Of a DNA stretch of 20,920 bases, positions 1 to 8,567 are shown one piece after another. Origin of the DNA: Archangium sp. (lineage in GTDB: Bacteria > Myxococcota > Myxococcia > Myxococcales > Myxococcaceae); NCBI GenBank assembly GCA_031367385.1, contig JANLPS010000185.1, positions 1 through 20,920 on the forward strand, read 5' to 3'. The notes beneath the pieces were generated by a model. The model was not told the origin of the DNA. It made no database searches and was given only the letters and a program-made list of their open reading frames with translations. The first letter of the stretch is position 1. Each line of letters starts with the position of its first letter. A program made the position numbers and the translations under genes.

Positions 1-300
1 CAGTGCGACCCGAGCGCGGCGACGTCGACCTGCCCAGCCGGCAGCGAGTGCCAGGCCTCGTCGGGGTCGAATTACTGTTTGCCTCCCAAGGCGACGGGGG
101 GTGGCACCGGAGGCGGCGGAGGCACCGTCGGCGGCGGTCAAGGTGGCGGCGGGTTTACGGGCATCAAAGACGCGGGTACTGGCGGTGGTACGGTGACGAA
201 CCCGACCCTGTGTGGTTGCACCTCGTTCACGCAGGTGCCGCTGCTGGGTGGGTTGTTCTTGCTGGCGTTCTTGCGACGTCGCGCCTACCGGCGCACTTGA
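1..300 (+). CDS. C-terminal part (5'-truncated by window) of a Cys-rich exported protein with Gly/Thr-rich linker and MYXO-CTERM-like sorting tail
   Basis: Frame 1 is open from base 1: QCDPSAATSTCPAGSECQASSGSNYCLPPKATGGGTGGGGG...NPTLCGCTSFTQVPLLGGLFLLAFLRRRAYRRT*. The CGC motif, hydrophobic segment and RRR match the MYXO-CTERM architecture. Confidence 0.75.
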   Translation, partial: QCDPSAATSTCPAGSECQASSGSNYCLPPKATGGGTGGGGGTVGGGQGGGGFTGIKDAGTGGGTVTNPTLCGCTSFTQVPLLGGLFLLAFLRRRAYRRT

Positions 301-1799
301 ACGACCAGCGACCGCCCGAACACCTCGCGAAACAGCTGCTCTTCGTGCGCCACGTCCCACAGCTCGAGGTCGACGGTGGTCTTGGCCTTGATGATGAGCA
401 CCGCCGTTCGCCCCCGCACCGACGCTTTGACCCACTTCACCGGCTGGTGGTGGCTGCGGTCGAGAGAGTCGGCCACGCGCAGCAGGGTCGCGCACTTTCG
501 AACCACCCGAATCTCGGTGAGCGTCAAGCCGGCCATCGCCTCATGCGTCGCCTCGGGGCTGCTGCGCCGGTGAAACCGGGCGATGGCCGCGACGATCGAC
601 CGCTCCCGCTCTGAAAACCCAGGCAGATCAACGTTCTGAATCAGGTAGTGCGTGTGCTTGTGGTGCCGCTGGTAGTTCACCGCGTGCCCGATGTCGTGCA
701 GCAGCGCAGCCGCCTCGAGTGCTGGGCGGGCCGCCGCCGGCAACTGGTGCATGGTCGCCAGGCCATCGAACAGCGACAGCGCGAGCGACGAGACCTGCCG
801 TGAGTGGGCCTCGCTGAACCCGAACCGCCGGCCAATCGACACCACCGCCTCGGTCAACGAGTGATCGTGCCCGTCGACGCCCCTGCGCCGAACCAGCTCG
901 AACAAGATGCCCTCTCGAAGCCCGCGATCGACCGCGGTGATCGTCTGCACCTTCAAATGCTTGAGCACCGCCTCGAGAATCACCGCTCCAGCGACCACGA
1001 TGTCGGCGCGTCGGGGGTCGAAGCGCTTGCGTCGCTGCTCAGAGGTCATCGCCGCGAGCTCGTTGACGGCTCGAGAGATCTCTTCAGTGGTCGCGTGCCC
1101 CATGCCCTCAGATCGCGCATACGCGACGATCGCCTGAATGGTGCCGCTGCTGCCGACCGCGGCCTTGGGCAAGCCGCTCAGCCCGCTCGCCATCGCCTCG
1201 CTCATCGCGTCGCGGGCGAAGTCGCGCAGCATCGCCAAGCGCTTCTTCGAGACCGATTCTTTGACGTCGAACAGCTCGCTGAGCCGCACCGCGCCGATGT
1301 CGACGCTCCAGAGGTCTTTTGGGGTCTCGCCGAGCGCGACGATGATCTCAGTGCTGCCGCCGCCGATGTCGATGCAGAGCGCCCGTTGCGTCGGGGGCTT
1401 GCCGTGCAGCACGCCCATGCAGATCAGCCGGGCTTCTTCGCGCCCCGAGACCACATCGAGCGCCAACCCCGCCTCGCGGCGCACCCGTTTGACCACATCG
1501 TCACGGTTTTTCGCCTCTCGTAACGCACTCGTTGCAACGGCCCGAACGCGGGCGCCGTAGCGTTTGCAGAGCGCAGCGTACCGGCGCAGCGTCGCCACGA
1601 GCCGATCGACCACCACCTTCTGCAAGATGCCGGTGGTGAACAGCCCTTCGCCGGGCCGAACCGGGTCGCGCTCGGTATGCAGCGTCTCGAGCGAGCCATC
1701 AGGAAAAACGCGGGCCAGCTCGAGCCGCACCGCATTGGTGCCGACATCGATGGCGGCCAAAATGTCATCTATTTTCTCAGGTCGACTGCGACGCGGCAT
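285..1799 (-). CDS. ppx: Ppx/GppA family exopolyphosphatase with C-terminal HD domain
   Basis: AAIDVGTNAVRL, ATSALREA, SGREEARL, DIGGGSTE, GLREG and LLHDIG motifs; divergent from ppk1. Confidence 0.93.
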   Translation of the reverse strand: MPRRSRPEKIDDILAAIDVGTNAVRLELARVFPDGSLETLHTERDPVRPGEGLFTTGILQKVVVDRLVATLRRYAALCKRYGARVRAVATSALREAKNRDDVVKRVRREAGLALDVVSGREEARLICMGVLHGKPPTQRALCIDIGGGSTEIIVALGETPKDLWSVDIGAVRLSELFDVKESVSKKRLAMLRDFARDAMSEAMASGLSGLPKAAVGSSGTIQAIVAYARSEGMGHATTEEISRAVNELAAMTSEQRRKRFDPRRADIVVAGAVILEAVLKHLKVQTITAVDRGLREGILFELVRRRGVDGHDHSLTEAVVSIGRRFGFSEAHSRQVSSLALSLFDGLATMHQLPAAARPALEAAALLHDIGHAVNYQRHHKHTHYLIQNVDLPGFSERERSIVAAIARFHRRSSPEATHEAMAGLTLTEIRVVRKCATLLRVADSLDRSHHQPVKWVKASVRGRTAVLIIKAKTTVDLELWDVAHEEQLFREVFGRSLVVQVRR

Positions 1800-1868
1800 G
1801 ATGAGGTAGCGGGCGACGTTAGCCGCTGTAGGGCTGCCTCAGCAGTGCTTTCGTTCAACGGAGTTCAC

Positions 1869-4025
1869 GTGGTCGAGCAAACCAGCGACAAACACCTCTT
1901 CATCAACCGCGAGCTGTCGTGGCTGGCGTTCAACGAGCGGGTGCTCGCTGAAGCGAGAAATGCCAGCATCCCCATTCACGAGCGCATCAAGTTTCTCGCG
2001 ATTTCGATGAGCAACCTCGATGAGTTCTTCATGGTGCGCGTGGCCGGTCTTCGTCAACAAGCCCTGGGCGGAGTGGCCGAGCTGCCCGCAGACGGCATGT
2101 TGCCTTCGGAGCAGCTGACCGCGATCGCCGACCGCACCCATCTGATGTCGACCGAGGCGTACCGGGTCTGGGGGCGCGAGCTGATGCCCCTGCTCGCCGC
2201 GAACGGGCTGCACCTGCTCGACCGCACCCAGCTGACCGCCGAGCAAAAAGCGGCCGCGAAGACTTTCTTTCAATCATCGGTCTTCCCCGCGCTCACGCCG
2301 CTGGCAGTCGACCCGGGTCACCCTTTCCCCCACCTGAGAAACAAGTCGATCAACCTGGCGATCGTGGTTCGTCGCAACGAGAAGCGCCGCAAGAAAGAAA
2401 TGGTCGAGAGCGCCCTGGCCGTGGTTCAGGTGCCGGCGGTGCTGCCGCGCCTGGTGGCGGTACCCTCAGCGACAGGCACGGCGTTTTTGCTGCTCGACGA
2501 TCTCATCGCCAACCACGTCGGAGACCTCTTCCCCGGGTTTTTGGTCGAACAGGTTGCCACCTTTCGTGTGACCCGAAACTGGGACCTCGACGTCGACGAA
2601 GAAGAGTCACAAGACCTCCTGGCGTCGATTCAGCAAGAGCTCCGACGCCGAGACCGTGGCGCGGCAGTGCGGCTCGAGATGGAGGCCTCCGCGTCTCCGG
2701 CGCTCGAAGCGCAGCTGACCGGCGCGCTCAAGCTCACACCGCCCGACGTGTATCGCGTGCAGGGCCCACTCAACCTGCCAGACCTGACCTCGATCGCCGA
2801 TGCTGACCAGCGCCCTGAGAACCGGGTGGAGGCCTTCGTGCCCGCCACGCCGCTGGTGCTCAAAGACGCCGATTCGATGCTGGCGTCGATCGCCAGCCGC
2901 GACATTCTGTTGCACCACCCGTACGAGTCGTTCGACCCGGTGATTCGCTTCTTGGAAGAAGCCGCCGACGACCCGAATGTCTTGGCGATCAAGCAGACGC
3001 TGTATCGAACCACCGGCGATAGCCCGATTGGCCGCTCGCTGATGCGCGCGTCAGAGAACGGCAAGCAGGTCACGGTGCTGGTCGAGCTCAAGGCCCGCCT
3101 CGACGAGGCCAACAACATCGCCTGGGCGCGCCGCATGGAGGACAACGGCGTTCACGTGGTCTACGGCATTCTCGGCCTCAAGACGCACTGCAAGGTGACG
3201 CTGGTCGTGCGCCGCGAGGGCAACGGCATTCGCCGCTACGTGCATCTCGGCACGGGCAACTACAACACCCTCACCGCCCGGCAGTACACCGACCTCTCGT
3301 ACTTCACCGCGCGCCCTGAGATCGCCGACGACGTCACCGCGCTCTTCAACATGCTGACCGGCTACTCGACCCAACCCAACTGGAAGCGGCTGGCGGTGGC
3401 TCCGACCACGTTGCAGACCAGGGTGCTCGAGCTCATCGAGCGCGAATCAGCCAAGGCCAAGAAGGGCGAGCCTTCGCGCATCATTGCGAAGCTCAACGCG
3501 TTGGTCGATGCGCCGACCATACGGGCGCTGTACGCGGCGAGCCAGGCAGGCGTCGAGGTCGACCTGTTGGTGCGCGGCATCTGCTGCCTGCGCCCCGGCG
3601 TAGCGGGCGTCTCGGAGCGCATTCGCGTCTTCAGCGTGGTCGATCGGTTTCTCGAGCACTCACGGGTCTTCGCCTTCGGCACCGGCCCGCAGACCGAGGT
3701 CTACATCTCGTCAGCCGACTGGATGCCTCGCAACTTTCACCGACGCATCGAGGTGTTGGCGCCGATTGAAGACCCGGGCCTTCGTCAGCGCCTGCTCGAT
3801 GAGCCGCTGGGCATCGGGCTCAAAGACAACGTGAAGGCACGACAGCTGATGGCCGATGGCTCGTACGTGATGGTCACCGCGGCCCCCGACGCCGCGGCCA
3901 TTCGCAGCCAGACCACTCTGCTCGAGCTGGCCAAGAAGACGATCACGCCCCCCGCGGAGCCAGTGATTCGCCACGTCGCGTCACCCCTCGAGAAGGCGCC
4001 TCCGGGCCCCAGCAGCGCAGCGTAA
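1869..4025 (+). CDS. ppk1: Polyphosphate kinase 1
   Basis: FINRELSWLAFNERVL, SNLDEFFMVRVAGL, DPGHPFP, LLHHPYESF, LKTHCK, HLGTGNYN, DRFLEHSR and SADWMPRN motifs. Start placed at GTG 1869 behind ACGGAG; the longer ORF from 1677 overlaps ppx. Confidence 0.96.
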   Translation: MVEQTSDKHLFINRELSWLAFNERVLAEARNASIPIHERIKFLAISMSNLDEFFMVRVAGLRQQALGGVAELPADGMLPSEQLTAIADRTHLMSTEAYRVWGRELMPLLAANGLHLLDRTQLTAEQKAAAKTFFQSSVFPALTPLAVDPGHPFPHLRNKSINLAIVVRRNEKRRKKEMVESALAVVQVPAVLPRLVAVPSATGTAFLLLDDLIANHVGDLFPGFLVEQVATFRVTRNWDLDVDEEESQDLLASIQQELRRRDRGAAVRLEMEASASPALEAQLTGALKLTPPDVYRVQGPLNLPDLTSIADADQRPENRVEAFVPATPLVLKDADSMLASIASRDILLHHPYESFDPVIRFLEEAADDPNVLAIKQTLYRTTGDSPIGRSLMRASENGKQVTVLVELKARLDEANNIAWARRMEDNGVHVVYGILGLKTHCKVTLVVRREGNGIRRYVHLGTGNYNTLTARQYTDLSYFTARPEIADDVTALFNMLTGYSTQPNWKRLAVAPTTLQTRVLELIERESAKAKKGEPSRIIAKLNALVDAPTIRALYAASQAGVEVDLLVRGICCLRPGVAGVSERIRVFSVVDRFLEHSRVFAFGTGPQTEVYISSADWMPRNFHRRIEVLAPIEDPGLRQRLLDEPLGIGLKDNVKARQLMADGSYVMVTAAPDAAAIRSQTTLLELAKKTITPPAEPVIRHVASPLEKAPPGPSSAA

Positions 4026-4179
4026 TGAACTGATTTTCGCCCTTTTTGCCCCCACAGAATGCCGCTGTGGTTGCGCGTCGTACCTGTGGGTGCCCCCGCG
4101 CAAATGACGGGTGCACGTGGTGGTGGTACAGCGTAAGGCTTACAGTTCACGGGTTCTTGCAGAACGAAGGAGTCGCTCC

Positions 4180-4413
4180 ATGGCGGGTATGAAGATGACC
4201 GAAATTCTGGTGATTCTGGCGATCGTCATGTTGCTGTTCGGAGCGACCCGCTTGCCGGCGTTGGGCAGCTCCCTGGGCTCCGCCATTCGCAACTTCAAGC
4301 GCGGGTTCGCGGGCGATGACGAAGAGAAGGCCGAGGCCGACAAGAAGCTGGCCGGCACCGGCGGCGTGGTCTCGAGCGATCAGCAAAAGGCCCGCGACAA
4401 CGACAAGGCCTAA
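4180..4413 (+). CDS. tatA: Twin-arginine translocase TatA/TatE subunit
   Basis: EILVILAIVMLLFG-x2-RLP-LG-SLG-AIRNFK (TM helix, FG hinge, amphipathic helix); AAGGAG RBS at 4167-4172 before ATG 4180. Confidence 0.92.
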   Translation: MAGMKMTEILVILAIVMLLFGATRLPALGSSLGSAIRNFKRGFAGDDEEKAEADKKLAGTGGVVSSDQQKARDNDKA

Positions 4414-6227
4414 AGCACCTTCTGGTCATACATGGCCTCGAGCAGAGGCCAGTATTTCTGGGTGCAGAACTTTCGCTTCACCTTGAGGGTCGGAGTCATC
4501 TCGCCACCCTCCTGTGAGAAGTCGTGATCGAGCAGCGTGAACTTCTTGAGTGAGTTGTACGGCGGCTGGTCTTTGTTCACGGCGTCGATGACCTGCTGCA
4601 CCGCTTCACGCACCGCCTCGTGCTTCACGATCTCAGGGTACGTCGCCGCGCTGACGCCCTTCTCTGCCAGCAGCTTCTTGGCGCCCTCTTCGTTCACGCA
4701 CACCAGCACCGTGAGGTACGGCCGCTTGTCGCCGTAGACCATCGACTGCGAGATGAGCGGGTAGGTCTTGAGCGTGTTCTCGAGGTTCTGAGGCGCGACG
4801 TTCTTGCCGCCGGCGGTGACGATGATGTCTTTCTTGCGGTCGGTGATGCGCAAGTACCCGTCGGCGTCGATCTCTCCGATATCGCCCGAGTGAAACCAGC
4901 CGTCTTTTTCGAGCACCTCGTCGGTGGCGGCCTGGTTTTGGTAGTAGCCCTTCATGATGTGCGGGCCCCGCATCATGATCTCTCCGTCACTGGCGATTTT
5001 GCACTCGGAGCCGGTGAGCGGTTTGCCGACCGTGCCGAGCTTGAACGCTGACGGCGTCGAGATGCTCGAGGCGGCGCTGGTCTCGGTGAGCCCATAGCCT
5101 TCGCAGACGTTGAAGCCGAGCAGGTCGAAGAAGTACGCGATCTTCTTCGACAACGGAGCGCCACCCGAGGCGAACAACCGCATCTTGCCTCCGAGCTTCT
5201 GGTCGAGGCCGGCCCTGACTTTGCTGAAGACGAGGCGCTTGGCGAGCTTCCACCCCAGGGTGTCGTAGGTGCGGCCGGCGTCGCGCGCTTCGCAGTATTC
5301 GTCGAAGAGCGAGAACGCCCAGCGGCCCAGCGCACCTTTGATGCCCGAGGCGGTGGTGACGTTCGCGTGCGCTCCGGCGAAGACTTTTTCGAACACGCGC
5401 GGCACGGCGGGCAGCAACGTCGGGCTGGTCTCGGCCAGGTTCGAGACGACCTTGTCGACCGACTCGGCGATGACCAGCGTGCACCCGATTGACAGCCACC
5501 CGGCCTTGACCAGCTGCGCGAAGGAGTGCGCCAGCGGCAAGAACAGCATGATCACTTCGCCCGGCTGCATCACCTGGGTCGAGCGCAGCACCAGCGCCTC
5601 GAAGGCCCAGTTGCCGTGGGTGAGCATCACGCCTTTGGGGTCACCGGTCGTGCCCGAGGTGTACAAAAAGTGTGAGAGATCATCGCTCTGAATGGCCTTG
5701 GCGCGATCATCGAATGCGGCCTCGGCGCCGCCCATCGTCTTGGTGGCGAGCGCAACGAGCGCTTCGAGGCCAAGCTCACGTTCACCTGACGCAGCACCCT
5801 CGAAGAGCACCACCTGCCGAAGCCCACCGAGCTGGTCGAGCTTCGAGCGGAGCCGGCTCAGGCGGCCCTCCTGCTTGGCCTCGGGCACGTCGTTGTCGAC
5901 GAAGACGAGCACCGAGCCGGAGTTCTGGATCACGTATCGGGCCTCTTCGGCGGTGTTCGACGAATACACCGGCACGACGATCGCCCGGGCCGCCATGATC
6001 GCGAGATCGGCGATGACCCACTGAATGCTGGTGCTGCCGTAAATGGCGACACGGTCGCCGGGTTTCACGCCCCACGCGACCAGGCCGTTGCTGACCTTAC
6101 GAACTTGCTCCGTGAGCGCGGCCCACGAGAGGTCTTGCCAGCCTGAAGCAGTCTTGTAGCGGGCGGCAGCGGCCTTTTGGGTCGCGGTACACGACAGCAG
6201 CATCTCAATCAGATTTGGCGTGGTCAT
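4410..6227 (-). CDS. Long-chain fatty acid--CoA ligase (AMP-dependent synthetase, FAA1/FadD15-like)
   Basis: YTSGTTGDPKG P-loop, EGYGLTET, GWFHSGDIG, RITDRKKDIIVTAGGKNVAP and TPTLKVKR. Start at ATG 6227 (MTTPNL) preferred. Confidence 0.92.
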   Translation of the reverse strand: MTTPNLIEMLLSCTATQKAAAARYKTASGWQDLSWAALTEQVRKVSNGLVAWGVKPGDRVAIYGSTSIQWVIADLAIMAARAIVVPVYSSNTAEEARYVIQNSGSVLVFVDNDVPEAKQEGRLSRLRSKLDQLGGLRQVVLFEGAASGERELGLEALVALATKTMGGAEAAFDDRAKAIQSDDLSHFLYTSGTTGDPKGVMLTHGNWAFEALVLRSTQVMQPGEVIMLFLPLAHSFAQLVKAGWLSIGCTLVIAESVDKVVSNLAETSPTLLPAVPRVFEKVFAGAHANVTTASGIKGALGRWAFSLFDEYCEARDAGRTYDTLGWKLAKRLVFSKVRAGLDQKLGGKMRLFASGGAPLSKKIAYFFDLLGFNVCEGYGLTETSAASSISTPSAFKLGTVGKPLTGSECKIASDGEIMMRGPHIMKGYYQNQAATDEVLEKDGWFHSGDIGEIDADGYLRITDRKKDIIVTAGGKNVAPQNLENTLKTYPLISQSMVYGDKRPYLTVLVCVNEEGAKKLLAEKGVSAATYPEIVKHEAVREAVQQVIDAVNKDQPPYNSLKKFTLLDHDFSQEGGEMTPTLKVKRKFCTQKYWPLLEAMYDQKVL

Positions 6228-6272
6228 GGTGGGGGCACACTGCCTCGACACCCGCCAAAAGCAACCGCTGCG

Positions 6273-7010
6273 TTACGCGACCATGTCGCTCGGCACGCCT
6301 TCGGTCTCTTCATTCTGGTTGTACGCGCCCAGGTACCGAGCCAAGAAATTCTTGGTCTTCAGCTCGACCTGACGAACCCGCTCACGCGAGACGCCCCAGC
6401 GCTGGCCCAGTTCTTCGAGGGTGCGGGGTTTGTCTTGGGTCAGGCGCTCTTGAAGAATGTCCCACCCGAGGTCGCCGAGGCGGCGCTTCACGCGGTGCAA
6501 CGCTTGCGAGACTTCTTCGTCTTGCTCGACCTTCAAGAACGAGACGTCAGGGGTGACGCCGCCGTCTTCGATGCGGTCGAGGTAGGTCGCGTCAGAATCA
6601 TCGTCCAACGGGGCGTCGAGCGAGAAGTCGCTCATCGAGATGCGCTCGTGCTCTCCACCGCGAACGTGGCTGCGATTGTCCTTCAAGTAGCGGGTGATGT
6701 ACGCGCGAATCCACCAAACGGCGTAGGTGGCGAAGCGCACGTTCTTTTTCGAATCGAAGTGCTCAATCGCCTTCATCAAGCCGACGTTGCCTTCTTGAAT
6801 GAGGTCATCGAGGCGGGCGCCTCGGCTGGCGAACTTCTTGGCCACCGCCACGACGAAGGGGAGGTTCGAGCGTGCCAGGTGGGTGCGGGCCGCCTCGTCG
6901 CCTTTGCGGGCGCGTTTGGAGAGCTCGTACTCTTCTTCGCGCGTGAGCTGTTTGTGACCGCCCATGCTGCGCATGTAGTGAGAAAGACCTTCTGAATCTC
7001 GGGTACGCAT
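6273..7010 (-). CDS. Sigma70-family RNA polymerase sigma factor (compact, 245 aa; regions 1.2, 2 and 4 present, region 3 largely missing)
   Basis: LTREEEYEL (1.2), DDLIQEGNVGLMKAIEHFD and FATYAVWWIRAYI (2.2-2.4), TLEELGQRWGVSRERVRQVE (4.2). GAGGAG RBS (7020-7025, minus strand) precedes ATG 7010. Confidence 0.92.
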   Translation of the reverse strand: MRTRDSEGLSHYMRSMGGHKQLTREEEYELSKRARKGDEAARTHLARSNLPFVVAVAKKFASRGARLDDLIQEGNVGLMKAIEHFDSKKNVRFATYAVWWIRAYITRYLKDNRSHVRGGEHERISMSDFSLDAPLDDDSDATYLDRIEDGGVTPDVSFLKVEQDEEVSQALHRVKRRLGDLGWDILQERLTQDKPRTLEELGQRWGVSRERVRQVELKTKNFLARYLGAYNQNEETEGVPSDMVA

Positions 7011-7187
7011 GGCTTGTATCTCCTCACCGAACTCGCTTCGTTCTGGCGTGAACAAAAGATGCGCGTGATTCGATTCAGTTTCGGCGCTCAACATGAATTT
7101 CTCTCGGTCGATTGTGCGCCTGACCGGAAAGCGGCTCTCGCACGTGAGGGAGCCAGCTGCCAAAGTCGAATACTCCAGCAAAAGCAG

Positions 7188-8567
7188 TTACTTCGAGCCC
7201 TTGGGGAACATTTTGCCCGGGTTTAGGAGCGCTTGTGGGTCGAAGAAGGCCTTCAACTTCTCTTGGAGCGCGATCAACTCCGGGCTCTGTTCGAGCGAGA
7301 CGAACCTCGCCTTGGCGACCCCGATTCCATGCTCGCCGGAAATGGTGCCGCCCAACTCGACCGTGATGCGCATGATGTCGGCCAGAGCCAGCTCGACGGT
7401 GGGGCGTTCATGCGGGCCCGCGTACAAGACGTTGGTGTGCAGGTTGCCATCGCCGGCGTGCCCATAGGTCGCGACGGTGAGCCCGTGTTTCACGCCGATG
7501 GCCTTGAATCGCCGTATCGCCTCGGGAATCTGGCTGCGCGGCACCACGATGTCTTCGGAGAACTTGAACTTCTTCACCGCGCGCAGCGACGGCGAGACCA
7601 AACGCCTGACCGCCCAGAGCTTCTCGCGCTGGGAGTCGTCTTGAGCGATCAGGGCGTCGAGCGCGCCGCTGTGGGTGCACAGCTCACAGAGCCGGGTCAG
7701 CTCGGCCAGCACGCCCTCGCTCGAAAAACCGTCGATTTCGGCGATGAGGCAGGCGCCACAGCCTTCGGGAAAATTGAAGCCCTTGCCGTCAATGGCGGCG
7801 ATCGACACGTCGTCGAGCAGCTCGAGGCACCTCGGCAACACGCCGTGCGTGAGCACCTGGCCGACGGCCTTGGCCGCGTCATCGACCGAACGAAACGGCA
7901 GCAACGCGGTCATCACGACCTGCGGTTTCGGCAGCAATTTCAAGGTGATCTCGGTCGCTATGCCGAGGGTGCCTTCACTGCCGACGAACAGCCCGACCAG
8001 GTCGTACCCGACCACGCCTTTGCTGGTGCGTTTACCGACGCGAACCACCTCGCCCGAGGGCAGCACCCACTCGAGGCCGAGCACGTAGTCGCGGGTGACG
8101 CCGTACTTGAGGGCCCGGGGGCCTCCGGCGTTTTCGGCGATATTGCCGCCCAGGGTGCAGGTCTCCCAGGAGTTCGGGTCGGGCGGGTAGAACAGCCCCT
8201 GGGCTTCGACCGCCTTCATCAGGTCGCCGAGGACCACTCCGGGCTGCACGACCACCGTGAGATCGTCGGGCCGCAGCTCGATGATTCGATTCATCTTTTC
8301 GAGGCTGAGGCAGACGCCGCCGTTCACGGGCAGCGAGCCACCACTCTTGCCGGTGCGCGCGCCGACCGGGGTCACCGGCACCTGGTGCTCTGCACACAGC
8401 TTCAGCACCGCCTGCACCTGCTGCGTCGAGGTCGCGAAGACGACGAGCTCGGGGGCGAAGTCACCCTGATCAGACTCGTCATGGCCGAACCTCGCCACGG
8501 TCTCGGCGTCAGCGCGGCACTCGAGCCCCGCGGCCCGCAGCGCGGCGATTACCGAATTCGTGCCCAC
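7188..8567 (-). CDS. FAD-linked oxidoreductase, GlcD / D-2-hydroxyacid dehydrogenase family
   Basis: YPPDPNS, TLGGNIAENAGG, KYGVTRDYVLGL, GSEGTLG, GHAGDGNLH, GEHGIG and DP-x2-LLNPGK motifs. Start overlaps the folE end by 19 nt. Confidence 0.9.
   Translation of the reverse strand: MGTNSVIAALRAAGLECRADAETVARFGHDESDQGDFAPELVVFATSTQQVQAVLKLCAEHQVPVTPVGARTGKSGGSLPVNGGVCLSLEKMNRIIELRPDDLTVVVQPGVVLGDLMKAVEAQGLFYPPDPNSWETCTLGGNIAENAGGPRALKYGVTRDYVLGLEWVLPSGEVVRVGKRTSKGVVGYDLVGLFVGSEGTLGIATEITLKLLPKPQVVMTALLPFRSVDDAAKAVGQVLTHGVLPRCLELLDDVSIAAIDGKGFNFPEGCGACLIAEIDGFSSEGVLAELTRLCELCTHSGALDALIAQDDSQREKLWAVRRLVSPSLRAVKKFKFSEDIVVPRSQIPEAIRRFKAIGVKHGLTVATYGHAGDGNLHTNVLYAGPHERPTVELALADIMRITVELGGTISGEHGIGVAKARFVSLEQSPELIALQEKLKAFFDPQALLNPGKMFPKGSK

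Noticed and set aside
3..614. 203-aa Arg-rich ORF in frame 3
   Set aside because: Alternative frame over the MYXO-CTERM gene and antisense to ppx; composition is not protein-like.
1677..1868. N-terminal extension of ppk1 in the ORF track
   Set aside because: It overlaps the ppx start on the other strand; homology begins near FINRELSW and an RBS precedes GTG 1869.
7011..7181. 57-aa N-terminal extension of the sigma factor
   Set aside because: A strong RBS lies directly before ATG 7010; the region is more AT-rich and more likely promoter/leader. No correctly spaced sigma54 motif was found there.
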